A stretch of 64,000 nucleotides of DNA from Zygnema circumcarinatum SAG 698-1b. Taxonomy: Eukaryota; Plantae; Zygnematophyceae. The stretch lies in contig CM074806.1 of NCBI GenBank assembly GCA_037447605.1, forward strand, positions 372,001-436,000. The letters run 5' to 3'. Positions 1-13,084 of the stretch are shown here, piece by piece. The notes under the pieces were generated by a model. It searched no databases. It had not been told where the DNA came from and worked only from the letters and a program-made list of their open reading frames with translations. Every line of letters begins with the position of its first letter. Within the stretch, counting starts at the first letter, position 1. The position numbers and the translations under genes are program-made.

Positions 1-3000
1 CGCTACAGCCGAAGTCTCGCCGTGGAAGTGCCCTTCCCCACTGCCCGTGAAAATCTCAGCATGCTCTTTGAGAAGGTAAAAACTTCGCTTCACGATAAGG
101 AAAGGAAAGTGAAAGGAAGCGAGAAAGGAGAAGGAAGGACAAGTAACCTGTGTTTACCTTTGTTGTCTCACTCTGTCAAGTAACAAGAAAGATAGAGATA
201 GACAAGATAGAGAGACAGACAGACGCTGATTTGTCACAGATTGAGGTCATACACGTTCTTAGGGTTGTTAGGTTATTCCATTTTTACTTGGTTTCTAGGG
301 CTATTTCAATTTTTACAGGCTTTCTTCGTTTATGAGTTCGTAGCTCCTTCGGTATTCAGGGTTATTAGGGAAATCTGGTTGGTACAGATTTTCACCTGTT
401 GTAAAGGATTAAATGTAATGCAAACCACGCAAACGAATGAACTGCATATATTCCATCATAGAAATCTGAGGGATTTTTAGGTCAAGTTTTTCATCCCATG
501 TTCTGCAACTGCATCCCAGTTTCTGTCATAATCAACGTTTTGTGCTTTGCAGAATCGGGTCCGATATGCGGCACTGGTGGATAGCGGTGGATCCGGCGGA
601 TCCACTGAACCCGGTGGATCCGGAGAAAAGGGGTCAGGAGTGAACCCCGGAGACCGGCTGATATCGACCGGTCAGGGAGAGCTCAAACTGGCTCTGAAGA
701 GCCATAGTGTGAACGGAGGTGCGGCCGGGCAGCTGGAAAAAAATTCGGCAAGGCTGCCCAAGCTACGAAAACATTTCCGCATTCATTTTGTTCGCCTGAA
801 TGGCATCATTTTCACAAAATCGAGGTATGTGAATCGACAAGAAGGAACCAAATCTCAAACTCTTTCTCTCTCTCTCGTTTCTCTCTCTCTCTCTCTGTTT
901 CTCTCTCTCTCTCTCTGTTTCTTTCTCTCTCTCTCTGTTTCTCTCGCTCTCTCTCGCGGTTTGCAGTTTGCAGGGGGTTTTTCCGGTTGTTTTTAAGGGA
1001 ATTGAAGCTGATGCTTGGTCATATTGTCTGTATTTTTTTTTTTTGTAGTATTGAAACATTTGCAGACGTGTACATCGCTACTGTGCGAGACCTGGAGGAG
1101 CTTCTCGCTCTCGATGATGCGAACATAGAAGCAGTACTCGGCTCCGAAAGCCGAAACGGAATCGGTAGTGTGAGCGCCGGCTCCTTTGGAGTTATCCAAC
1201 TCCTAGTGGTTCTCATATTCACTCTCATCAACATCAATCACTCGCCCGAAAATCATCATCCCACATATGCAGAAGTCCTGCAGAAATCTGAGCTTTTCCA
1301 GCATTCTTTCACAGCCCTTTTTGAATGTTCTGGAAGGCTCGTTCGCCGACTAATGGCAGCAAAACAACCTTTAAAGAGTCCTATTTTTCCGGCTGTTCTG
1401 ATAGTGCTCGATTTCTTAGCCTCTCATTCGGAAATGGCTTTGGGGTCGGAGGTGGGAGAGAGACAAGCGAAGGCTCGATCCTTCTTTTGGGCTCAAATCG
1501 TAAATTTTCTGAATATGCTTTTAGAGGGGTTTGAAGGGGAGGGGGGAGAAGAGCAAACTGGGGGGTTTGACGCACATGGAACCTCCGTTCCGTTGTGGGA
1601 AGATCAAGAATTGAAGGGGTTTCTCCCTCTCATTCCAGTGCAGAAGAAATTGGATTACTCAAAAACGAGTTCAAGAATGGGAGCAGGGGGGGCAGAGCAG
1701 GAGCAGATTCGAATTCGGAGAGTTCTGAATGCCGGAAAATTGCTTTCTGCAGTGTTTAAGGGTTCAGGATTAGGGTTAGGGTTCGATGAAGCGGCGGGCT
1801 CTTTCTTCATAGCGGGGCAAACTGTTAGTCCTCAGCAGAAAATTAGTTTGTTGCTTCCTGCAGAAAATGAAGCATTTATGCCTGAACGTCATATTGAGAT
1901 AAAGACGAGAGAGAATTTGCCGGATTTGAAGGGGAAGGAAGCGGGGGATGACGGGGTTGTGCAGGAGGAAGAGTGGGGAGTGGAAGGAGTAGAGAATGGG
2001 CTGGATACATGGGAGGAAGAAGGGCAAGAAGAGACTGAGGGAGAGCCTGCTTGGGCTATGGAAGATGGGAGAGAGGCCCCAAAGTTGGGAGAGGATGAGG
2101 AGAAGAAGCAGAGGGAGAAGGAGTGGGAGATGGAGCAGTTGAGGCAATTGCAGCATCAAGAGTGGCAGCTGAATGCTGCACCACTTCTGGGGGAGAGAGG
2201 AGGAGGGGGAGAGGAGTCGTACAATAAGCTGGAAACTTCTCCTCTGCAGCTTCAAAGTAATGCAGCAGTTGAAGAATTAGATGATGAGGAGGTTATTGTG
2301 TTCAGGCCTGCAGCAGCACATAATGAGTCAATTCTTCAAAGTAAAGCTCTGGAAAAGCAGGTCCCAATGCAACAGGCCACTCTCTCTCCCCTACCTCTCC
2401 CTCCTCCCTTTTCGGGACCTTCCTTAAAACAACCTTCTCCTCCAGGACCACTAGATTCTGAACCTGCAAGGAAAGTGATAACTGAAACAAACGGGAATGT
2501 GACTCCTGTATTCGCTTCTGCACCCTCAGATTGGGTCCAAACTGTAGTCGAGAGAGAGCGACCCTCTCAATATATGCCGCAAATTGATGCCCAAATTCAA
2601 AGCATGGAACATGTCCCTGTAAACCGTGGAACGAATTTCAACATGGGTCCTCCCAAGGCTCTCTCTCACAACGTGGATGTGACTCTACCCTCTGAAAAGG
2701 GGCTAAAACCCCCCGGATCTCTCTCTCTGCGGGAGTGGGTGAGTAGAGGGGATGAAGCAGCGAGAGAAGTAACAACCTCTCCCGCTTCTAATAGTGGACT
2801 AAATCTCGCTCTTTTGAGCTCTCTTTTGGGCCTGCCATCTGCGGGAGTAGCGGGAGGGATCAATCTTCTTGACCCTCGCGGGGTTCAGCAGTCTGCATAC
2901 ACCCCTGAACCCTCCTATAATTATGCCCAAATTCCTCACTCTTCCCCTTCACAAGCGTATGGCATGGGACCCCATAGTGGATACCAACAACCCCCCCAAA

Positions 3001-4115
3001 TGGGGACTTCAAGCCTTGAATCTCTTTTGGGGGCTTTATCAAATTTCCGAACATCTGCTCCCTCTTCTTCAGAAGCTGCTCGTTTGCACTCATCTGCTCC
3101 CTATGCTTCCCCATATCCTCCGGGCTCGTTGGGGGATATAGCGGCTCGATTGTACGGAACTTATCAAGGGAATAATGGTCAGAACGAGGAGTATCAGAAC
3201 TTGGAAAAGGGTTTGCTTAATAGGGCAGCAGCTGTTGAGGAAGGTTCAGCTGCGAGAGGTGGAAGCTCTATTACCACTCCCCCTCCATCACATTCTCCTT
3301 ATCACAAGGAGAGAGGCTCTCAGATTCCCTCCAGTCTTTTCATGCAGAACGATCCCTTGCTGCCTGTAGGAGATCGTGTGCATCGCTACTCTACTCCTCC
3401 TCCCAATGGAGTGATAGGGAGAATGCAGAGTGGTGGTAGTGGTAGTGGGATTCCCTTTCAAGTGGGAGGAGGTCCGGGCTCTCTGCTTGCTCAGAATTCT
3501 CATATGGGGAGTGGGTGGAGCCCTTCAAATGATATGAATAGAGGGGTGGGAGCTTATTTAGGAGCTCAGGGAGGGCCATCTCTTCATAGTGTGGGAGATG
3601 GGTTTGATCAGAGCGGGAGAGGTCTGAACCCACCTCCTCACTTACACTCTCAGTATCCCTTGAATGTGGGGGGGGGGTTAGAGCCTGTAGCAACTTTGAA
3701 GCTACAAGGTGCAGGAAGAGGAGGGGGGATAGGAGGAGGGGTAGGAGGTGGGGTAGGAGGAGCGGTAGGAGGGGTAGGAGGAGGAGGAGGAGGAGGAGGA
3801 GAGTACTCACAGGTTCAGCCATGGCCGAATTCTGCAGGACAGGAAGAAGCAGCCTATGCAAACGATGACTATGGGTGGTTGGACCAATACACTCATGTTA
3901 AGCCGAAATTAGAGCAGTGGGAGGGAGCTGCAGCGAGCCATTGGGGGGGAGGGAAGAATGCCTCTACCTTCAGCTCTAATGCAAACACAGTATCGAATAT
4001 ATCTGGAGGAGGAATTCGCGATTCGGGCGATACGATTCTTCCCTTTCCGGGAATGAGATTTCCGCAGCAGCACAAGGAGCAGCTGCAGGAGTGGAAGAAT
4101 CCTGAAGGCGTATAA
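1..4115 (+). CDS. SMG7: SMG7/EST1-family nonsense-mediated decay factor, 5'-partial; exons <1..75, 553..824, 1049..4115
   Basis: RYSRSLAVEVPFPTARENLSMLFEK, FVRLNGIIFTKS|SIETF and PLWEDQELKGFLPL match the plant SMG7 EST1 domain as I recall it. Introns 76..552 and 825..1048 are GT-AG and phase-compatible. Long low-complexity C-terminus; stop TAA at 4113-4115. Confidence 0.9.
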
Positions 4116-5444
4116 TGAGGGAATTTTGAATTGGCTTACTCGTTTTTCAGGTCAGTCTTTTCACTGTAGTATATATGAAAAATTCTGAAAATTTATGGTT
4201 TGAAGGTCTAGAGATCGTTAGGGCTACTGGGTTTTCTCCCCTCCTTTCTCCCTTCCCCCCTTTTTTTTTTTTTTTACATGCTGATTGGGATGCAATTGGG
4301 TTTGTTTCACAGCTGAATTGGCAGCTGCCAATTCCGAGATGGCTTCGTGTGCTGAAGGAGAATAGAAACGCTCCTCTGTTCCGCTCAACGCTCCGTATTC
4401 AGCAACCAAAATGTTTCGCCTTTTTGTGCCGACTGTTTCCGTCTGACCCGTTCTCTGTATACGGTGAATTTGAGCTCAAGACTGTTGGTGCTTCACGGAA
4501 CTGACGAGCATAGAAATCCGGCATGGAATGAGGGGAAACTCACTCATTTCCGTAATTGAACCCCACAGTACCCAATAGGATACGTACCGCCATTTGCCCT
4601 GTTTGGCCTGCCAGAAGAGGAGAGAGAAAAGGAGGGAGAGGGAGAGAGGGGAGAGAGGGAGACGTATGCTGCGCATCAAAATGGGGACTTGCAGACAAGC
4701 TGAACGAGAGAGACTGCAAGTTAGAGAGATGAGGGGAGACACAGAAAGAGAGGAAGTCTGCATGACTTCAGCTTGATTGGATCTGATCGGCGGAGGGAGG
4801 GAGAGAGAAGGAAAGAGGGCGAGAGAGAGGAAAGGAGGAGAGAGCGATGGGGAGAGAGGGAGAGAGAGGAGGAGGAGACGAGTAGAGTGTCCTTTGGGGG
4901 CACGTCAGAGAGAGTGGAAGGATATCCGACTTGTGTAGTGTGAAGGAGAGAAAATTCTGCCAAGGGGCAGCTTGTGTTTGGTGCTTTCAGGGTTTTACCA
5001 GAAGGCCACCTGTTAGGTTTCCATGTGGGTCTGTTCCGTTCAAAGAGGAGGTGCCTATGGAGAACACTATGGAGAACAGCGGGTTCACTCTGCTATCACT
5101 ATTATGTTCTGTGTTGCACAATGGAGCAGGGGGAGGGGAGGGGAGGGGAGGGGAGGGGAGGGNNNNNNNNNNAGGGGAGGGGAGGGGAGAGGGAGAGGGA
5201 TTTTGAAGGGGGTTTGGGTTGTAGAGCAGCCACTGGAAAGTAGAACAATGGTCTTTTCCCCCTTCATTTTTGGAATCGTTTTCTTTTTCGTTTTTTTTTG
5301 TAGGAGGAGAGGCACATGGACAAGAAGGCAGGCAGGACAAGGAATGGTGTGCGCTCTTGCTGATGGAAGGAAATATGTTTTGAATGTCTGGTTTTGTGAT
5401 GTGGGTTTGGTATCACATCACGTCTCGTACGATAAGTGATGCTC

Positions 5445-6157
5445 CCTTGCCCCTCTCCCTCTCCCTCCTCCTCTCCTCTCCCTCTCCCTCTCCCTCTCCC
5501 TCTCTCCCTCTCCCTCTCCCTCTCCTCTCCCTCTCCCTCTCCCTCTCCCTCTCCATCTCCCTCTCCCTCTCCTCTCCCTCCCTCTCCCTCTCCCTCTCCT
5601 CCTCTCCCTCTCCCTCTCCCTCTCCTCTCCCTCTCCCTCTCCCTCTCCCTCTCCCTCTCCCTCTCCCTCTCCCTCTCCCTCTCCCTCTCCCTCTCCCTCT
5701 CCCTCTCTCCCTCCCTCCCTCTCCCTCTCCCTCTCCCTCTCCCTCTCCCTCTCCCTCTCCCTCTCCCTCTCCTCTCCTCTCCCTCTCCCTCTCCCTCTCC
5801 CTCTCCCTCTCCTCTCCTCTCCCTCTCCCTCTCCCTCTCCTCTCCCTCTTCTCCACTCTCCTCCTCCCTCTCCTCTCCTCTCCCTCTCCCTCTCCCTCTC
5901 CTCTCCTCTCCTCTCCCTCTCCCTCTCCCTCTCCTCTCCCTCTCCCTCTCCTCTCCCTCTCCTCTCCCTCTCCCTCTCCTCTCCCTCTCCCTCTCCCTCT
6001 CCCTCTCCCTCTCCCTCTCCCTCTCCCTCTCCTCCCTCTCCTCTCCTCTCCCTCTCCCTCTCCCTCTCCCTCTCCCTCTCCCTCTCCCTCTCCTCCTCTC
6101 CCTCTCCCTCTCCCTCTCCTCTCCCTCTCCCTCTCCCTCTCCCTCCCCCTCCCCCTC
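5445..6157. repeat. (CTCTCC)n/CT-rich polypyrimidine microsatellite
   Basis: About 710 bp of almost pure C/T; source of the PLPLP/SPSP/EREGE ORFs. Confidence 0.97.
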
Positions 6158-6214
6158 GTGAGATGATGGGTTCAGCGTCGTCCCTCAAACCCAGGCACGT
6201 TGAGAGCGTGTAGG

Positions 6215-6770
6215 GTTCAGTGCGGCATGCTGGAGTTGTGATCCCGTGATTGTGAAGTTTTATGCACGTTTTTTGACAAGCTTTGTTATTAAATGAAACT
6301 AGGAAATGTGGATACATGAGGATGAATGAGGAGGAGCTAGCGAGGAAGAACAATATTGTTCTTTGAGTCCCAACAGCATACCCAACACCTCTCAAGGGAG
6401 GCCCAGGAACTATATTTCACGCGGTTTGCCCCGCTTGTGGCGAAGACGGAACACCTCCGAAACTATGATTACAAAAGCGGCCAATCGCGACCGACCGACA
6501 GGAGAGAAAGATGGTGACGCTCCATGTTCGACCGTCACAGTTCCAAGCGCAGTCATTCTATGCTTTTGTAAGCGCGTTAGTTTGTAAAGACAGAGCCGAG
6601 TGACGTGACGTGACGTGACGAATCAAAGCAGCAATCTGTGGTGCGCGTAGCCCACATGTCGGTGGGCGCACATGCAAAGGAGAACCATTCAATGGGGCGT
6701 GAAGAGGTTGCAAGCATGCAAAAGAACTCGTGGCTAGTTGCTGTGCGCGCAAGCATCAACTATGAATAGC
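6215..6770 (+). repeat. Dispersed repeat A, copy 1 (homologous to ~13085..13770)
   Basis: Colinear shared blocks, e.g. GCGGCATGCTGGAG.TGTGATCC.GTGATTGT, GCGGCCAATCGCGAC, ACAGTTCCAA.CGCAGTCAT.CTATGC, AAAGCAGCAATCT, GTGGGCGCACATGCAA, AGTTGCTGTGCGCGCAAGCAT. Confidence 0.8.
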
Positions 6771-7699
6771 ATGGAGCTGAACAGCAGATAATCTTGAGAG
6801 CTCACTATGTATATTTTTTTAACCTCACGATGGACGTTAAGGGTTGGGGCTGTGTGCTCTTAAATGTCTTCGTGACATATAGCCTTCGCGGCTGCTTCTA
6901 GGGGCTGCGTTGTTGCGCCTAGGCGTAGTTTTCCGCTCTTAGCTCTCTGGTATGTACTATTATTGTAGGGGCTACTTTAACTTTAGCGTATGGTAGATTT
7001 TCGTGACTTAGGATGAAAACTCCAGCTTGTTCCAACCAGTGGAAGTATCTTGAAATGGGACTGGGCGACCTATGAGCTAAATTTTATTGAGAGATGTTCC
7101 AGATGTAGATTTCTCCTGATTTCGGACACAGTCATTTCTGGCGAAATCAAACTTTGGACCTGCTCATTTGTTTTCACGAAGCAATACCCAAGGTGGTTAA
7201 CCACATCAGATGGCCTCCTAAGAAGCCTTCGAGAATACATGAGAGCGCATTCTGGGAATTATTTTAGTATGCTCTACAGCTGGATGCGATCACTAAAATT
7301 TCTTTACTCTATCGGCTTTAATCATATGACTGTTTTTGTCACTTTAGATCTTATGGCTTAATCTGAACGGAAACTCAGGTGGATTAGGTGGCAATTTATG
7401 GTGGGAAGCTGTTATGTGTGTTGCAGTTTCTGTATGTGATCCCTTGAGTGATTGTTGAAACACAAAGGACAAATGATCACTTTTTTGCGGGTTACAGGTG
7501 GCGAAGTACGTCTAGCCTGGCCACGTACCAACACCACCGCACTAACCCAAATGGCCATGCACTCTACCGCCGGGCTATACACCTCGCCGTCCCTCACAAG
7601 GACTAACTTCCGTACTCAAGGTAGGCTCCGCCGACTCCACCGACTCCGCTGCCACAACAGTCCAAGAATCCGTACTCCAAACAAGATCCCTTGGAGCAC

Positions 7700-7830
7700 A
7701 GCAGTGCAGTGTTGAATGTCGGACTCCCAGTCGTACTGTCCGTACCGGCTGGTCGGTCTCGCCTCCGCGCGCACGCTCTTGAGTCATACCATGAAGCAAG
7801 TTCGCCCCCATACATCTCACACCTAGAAGC
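7700..7830 (-). repeat. Dispersed repeat B, copy 1 (inverted homolog of ~12580..13070 without its MITE)
   Basis: Reverse complement shares ACTTGCTTCAT.GTA.GACTCA.GAGCGTGCGCG.GGAGGCGAGACCGAC and GGGAGTC.GACATTCAACA.TGC with 12605-12654 and 13040-13065. Confidence 0.7.
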
Positions 7831-8874
7831 ACACCCCTATGAACTAAGTGCCAACAAAAACATGCTAATCTAAGCTAACTATGTACACTAACAATCTCAT
7901 GGCGTGATTTTAAACCTGGTTTACAATTTAAGATCCATAGTTAAACACCTCGCCTGAACTAGGCCTTTAGCCTCAGCTGTGGAACTGTCCGAATGTGTAG
8001 CACCGCTATCTGAACCAAAGGGGGATGAAGGAGATTGGCCAAGATTCTACCATCATGTATTCGCGATGTGGCGACTCATTTTACACTTGTTCAAACCTTT
8101 CACTTCGGGCAGAACAAATCGTTTTGTAATAGAACTTTGACCAGACATTGTGTGCAACGTGGAAGTTACCGCTGACCGAAAATGATGTTTGCTCCCCCTA
8201 ATTTGTGTATTCGGGCACGTCGGACCGTAAATGTCGGAATTCCGTGTCGTATTCGCCGCCCTCGGGCAGGTTCGCTGAAGCTACGTAGCCGCAGGCGCCT
8301 GTCCTATTCGCCGGGCTGGAGAGCAAATTTCATTCTGCGAATCTTACAAGCTGCCCGAATCTTTGTGGATGACTTGGAGGGCTGACACGCTGCCGACAAA
8401 TGCGTTGACTTTTTATCCGAGATCCTGGGGCAGCCGACCGCCGTACGGCGCCCGCCTGGTTCAGCGCGCACTGCGAGGCTCGGCGGGCAGAAATCGAACG
8501 GCAGCTGTTTCAGCGCCGGTGCTACTGCAGAGGGAGTACCTATCTGCAGCTGGATCGCTATTTTCCCAGAGCATGATACAGTACTCGTTTCGGTATCATA
8601 ATTACGAAAGATTTTCCCTCAGTAGTACTGACGGTTTTTTGTCGAACATGCCCTGGTGTCCACGATGGCATGGACCAAGCCCGGCCGGAAGCATTTCGTC
8701 CGCCGTGGCGAGCTGTGACTGGTCCCTCGATCGATGCCGCCCTCGTGAGAGGCTACGGAACACAGTTCACATGTCTGCCTGACAGAGACGGCGTTGGCCC
8801 GGGCCCAAACGTTTGGTTGACCCCTTCATCAAAACATCTGATGACCGCCTCCCCGCGAAGGGTCGTTGGAGGCG

Positions 8875-8955
8875 CCATGCCATGCCCATGTGCCATGCCA
8901 TGCCATGCCATGCCCATGTGCCATGCCATGCCATGCCATGCCCATGTGCCATGCA
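8875..8955. repeat. (GCCAT)n-type microsatellite
   Basis: Tandem GCCAT/GCCCATGT units read directly. Confidence 0.9.
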
Positions 8956-10026
8956 TGTTGCAGGCACGCTTCCGCCCCCCATGTGGTCGGTCGTTCAGCC
9001 ATGATGATGGTTGAGGGCCAAGCCATGGCAGGCCATTCCGTACGTGCTCTGCTACTGCCTGCAGCAGCTTCTGGAGAACCCCGAGCAGGCCTCTCAGCAG
9101 CTCCTTGAACCCTCGTGCTGTGAGCTCCCACTGTTCCACCTCTCTCACTCATTGCCATGTGTCTGAACTTCATGAAGCTGAAGGAGTTCGTCCTACAGCT
9201 TATATGTGATAACTGCCGTGCCATCATTCTTCTGCACAGATTCACCTCAGTCACTTCTACTGCTGATAAGTTTGGTTTCCTTGTCTTTTTTTTTTTGGTG
9301 GGTCAAATACGAGACCTGAACCTTCTTCTTCTTGTAAATTATTTTTGTGCTTCACCGCACCGAGTAAAAAGGCAATTCGTTCTCTTGTCCCCTTTTTATG
9401 AGCCTATGGATATTCTTGGCGATGTTAGTTTACTGGACCTTCACCCTCCAGCAGCCTCACCACTTGGCATATGAGGAATACTACATTCGTATGTGATGTA
9501 GTCGACCGCTCGGCATACAGACAAAACAGAAGCAAATGATAATTCTTGTTGATAACTCCAAAAGTGAGGAAATTTACAATTTTTTACTGACTGGTCATGG
9601 TACTATGGTCCACAGTTAGAAAATTCTGAGTCCACCAACACTGACAGTGGTTGGCTAACCGACGAGGAGATTCACTTGTGCAAGAAGCGGGCGGATCAGT
9701 ACTTGCACCTTCGCCAAAGCATGGCTTACAATAGAAGGCTTCTAAAGGAAGAAGCAGAAAGGGAAGAGGCGCTTCTTGAATGACACAGCTCGAACTAAGT
9801 GGAGGACTACAGCAGAGGATAATCTATTAGCCTGAACTAAACTACCTAATTATACTCTTTCTGGAATAGATTTAAAGAAGAAGTTCAATTCCGCCATGAT
9901 CTGGTCGTACGTCGCTTCGTGATTACTGAGCTAGCACGAGCTCCTCCTGTGCTCCTTTCTCCTCCTATTGGAGTGGAGGTCCACAACTGTATCGGCTCCT
10001 ACAGGTGCTCCCTCCCCAACGTGCGC

Positions 10027-11026
10027 CTAGACAATAACAGTTGCCGGCACATTCCTCACCTCTAGCGCCACCTCCATCTCTGGAGAAGGACGGCTGTCCA
10101 GTGCAGCCCCTTGGCCTCCACCTTCTGCAGAAAGATTTGCAACTCCACAAGGTTCAACCACATCCTCACTTGGCACCTTTGCCTGCAAGAAAGCAGCAAC
10201 AGCAGGAGGAGGTTAGAAAAGCTTTAAGTCAAAAGGAAACAGTGACGGATTAGCATAAGATGATGGGGTTATTGAAAGTACCGGCAGAGAGATTCTGCAG
10301 ATGGGGCAGGTGGTGTGCTGCTTGAACCATTGGTCAAGGCAGTCCGCATGAAACGCATGCTCACATGGCGGCAGCCTCCTCAGGCGATCGCCGTCCTTGT
10401 AGTCGTCTAGGCAGACAATGCAGGTCACTTCACCCTCTTGGGTGCCCGAGCTCTTGGAGTCAAACAGAAAATTGGGGAAGGATGCCACCACAGCCTGCAT
10501 CAACAGAGAAAACACGATGGCTTGAATGAGTCGATATTTTCAAGGGGGAGGATTCATTGAAAAGTCTCAACAAAGCTCCATTGAGCCGGCCAAAGATAAA
10601 AATTCTCTCCCTCCCTCTTCCTCCCTGCCTCCCTGCCTCCCTCCCTCCCTCTTCCTCCCTGCCTCTCTGCCTCCCTCCCTCCCTCCCTCCCTCCNNNNNN
10701 NNNNCCCTTCCTCCCTCCCTCTCTCCATCCAACCCTCCTCTCCTTCCTAGCTCTCCCCTCGGCAGCTCTAGCCTTCCGAGAGTTGCGCCACACACCCGCA
10801 GCAGCACCTTGTCATCCGACAGAGGCGGCGCCTCTGGAGAGCCCCCCCCAAGCGCTCGCAGACGGCTCCACACGGCGCGGCCGGCTAGCACCACGACCGT
10901 GACTGCGACCGCGACCGCGACCGCCGTCCCGACGTAGATGGCTGCCCGAACGGACCGGACCTCGCTGGGCGCTGGCTCGGGGGAAAGGGCGGTCCATGCC
11001 GGCTGATGCGGATACGCAAAAGCCAT
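10027..11026 (-). CDS. ATL-type RING-H2 E3 ubiquitin ligase with N-terminal transmembrane helix; exons 11026..10808, 10494..10282, 10182..10027
   Basis: Hydrophobic stretch AIYVGTAVAVAVAVTVVVLAG, GLD-like LSDDK|AVVASFPNF, and RING-H2 CIVCLDDY...LPPCEHAFHADCLDQWF...CPICR. Both introns are phase-0 GT-AG. The last exon is less certain. Confidence 0.85.
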
Positions 11027-12657
11027 GGCTTTTTAGAAAGCTTCAATTCCTGAAATGATCGCTGGTAGGAAAGAGAGGGGGGAGGGGGGGCGAGGGAGAG
11101 GGAGAGAGAGAGAGGGGACATGCAGTACCGGCGGAGGAAGGGAGGGAGGGAGGGAAGGAATGGGAACTCTCTTGCGTCCGTACGAGATGACTGTCAGCAA
11201 TGTACAAACTGTACGAATTTTGAACCGCATACTGTATGGAGTGACGATTGACGACGATCTGTCGGTCCCATCGGACGGTTGAGGGCTGCCGGCGTATCGA
11301 CAAGGTCAACAGAGTCGAAGGCAATGATGGGGATCAGACAGTCCGACCGCGTACGGAGAACGGATATCGGGCGACGCACGGACGGGGGGGATCCGTCCAA
11401 AATACAGCGGGACACGGAACTGTTGTGCAGCGCCCTCCCTTGGTGGTGCTGCCACCTCTCCTCTACCCTCGGTAGAACTCGACATCTTCAATGAATTGCT
11501 CAATCACACAGAGCACACTAGATGCAACAGAACAACTCGGCGGAAATAAGGTGTAAGGGGAAAGCCTGAAGCCTAAAAATCCTTAAGATAAAGATGAAAT
11601 ACAACTTGGCAACACTTTTGCCAAGGTTCAAGCACCTCAACTCAAGCTGCGTGAATACACCACCCCACTACAAGCTGAACTCTTCCTGTTAGTGCACAAC
11701 AGTTAGTGGTACATAGTTCATGGGTAGCATGTCCTTGTTTGGGAGTCTAGATGGCAGGCTAGTCTAGGGTCTGCACGTTGGAAGGAGCGAGTGGGGCATT
11801 CTGATTGGCCGCTGCATGGGCCTGGAGCGACGTGATTGGTCGGGACACGTGGCGTTCAGAGATGTACGCGATTGTACGGACGGGGAGCTCCAGAAAGCTC
11901 GCGGAGTTACCTTTCGCTGAAAAAAAAAATAGAATTGACCCGCAAGGCCCGCAGTGACGTGACGTGACAAAGATTGTTCTGGAGGTCACGTCACAAGGAA
12001 ACTGATAAATTGCTGAGCAAATGAGCGTCTTGTAACCCTTGATGCAGGCTGTTGATGTATAGGTACATCAAGGTTGTTGGTACTTAGTTCCTCGCATGAG
12101 TGTTGTCCACGAGAACAATGTTGTGTTGGGACAATGTCATGCATGAATGGCCATGTTTGGTATAGGACCGAACATGGGGGGGGATGCCCATTTTGTTCGG
12201 GCATGGTACGGCAAGTCTAGGGCAAGTCTGGGTCGTAGGTTTACGGCTTAGGCTTAGACTGTACCACAGGGGGCGCGCGGGATGCGCTTGATTGGATGGA
12301 GCGCGGCCGAACGGACGGCGCGCGACTGTACGGACGAAGTGAAAATGTACGGATGCGAGAGGCGGATTTGCATGAAGCGACATGATTGGTCGCGACAGCA
12401 CGCGAATCGGGCGTGATCTCCGTGCGTGACATGATGCATGATTCGTTATGTACTTTGGAGGTACGGACGTTGGTCGGTGCTGAGATGTTCAGATATCAGC
12501 GCGACGAATCAGCATGAGGAGGCGACGAGTCAGCAGCGTCTCGTCTGGAAGACAGTGGCGAATCGGAAGGCGCCACGTCTCACGTGTGAGCTGTACGGGC
12601 GCAGACTTGCTTCATCGTACGACTCAGGAGCGTGCGCGGGGAGGCGAGACCGACTAA

Positions 12658-12970
12658 GGGTGGGTTTCCATCAGCCCGTTTCGTAACGAGCTTGTTACGG
12701 TCCACGTAGGATGCCGTTTTCAGATGGAACGACGAGTTCCATCAGAACGCCGTTGGCCAGCGTGGCAGTCGCACGCTGGCGGATCTTCGGTAGCCACGTG
12801 GCGGCACGCGAATGGTCGTAATGGCGTTACACCACCTCCGGAGCAGCATCCTGTGGAACGGTGCCTCGTTACCACGTGGCGCCACGTCGGCGGAAACGGC
12901 CTCATGGAACCCATGGGTCGTCGTCCATTACGACGCCACGTCGGAATAACGGGCTGATGGAACCCCACCC
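12658..12970. mobile_element. Tourist-like (PIF/Harbinger) MITE, 313 bp
   Basis: 23-bp TIRs GGGTGGGTTTCCATCAGCCCGTT (12658-12680) and AACGGGCTGATGGAACCCCACCC (12948-12970), one mismatch. TAA on both flanks (12655-57, 12971-73). No transposase. Confidence 0.85.
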
Positions 12971-13084
12971 TAAGTGGCCGATGCGGATCGTACGGTCACG
13001 GAGGCGAGACCGACCGAGCGGCCGATGCGGATCGTGCGGTCGGGAGTCTGACATTCAACATTGCGTTCTGAGGAATCTTTTCTG

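Noticed and set aside
5384-6395. PLPLP/SPSP/GEGE ORFs resembling extensins
   Set aside because: Pure CTCTCC microsatellite with no signal peptide or splice context.
6900-7400. Possible retroelement pol remnant on the minus strand
   Set aside because: Multiple stops and no recognisable RT, RNase H or integrase motif.
9590-9785. Short coding-like stretch (...WLTDEEIHLCKKRADQYL...) and nearby frames at 9000-9300
   Set aside because: No start or splice support and no recognisable family; the ATL gene already ends at 10027.
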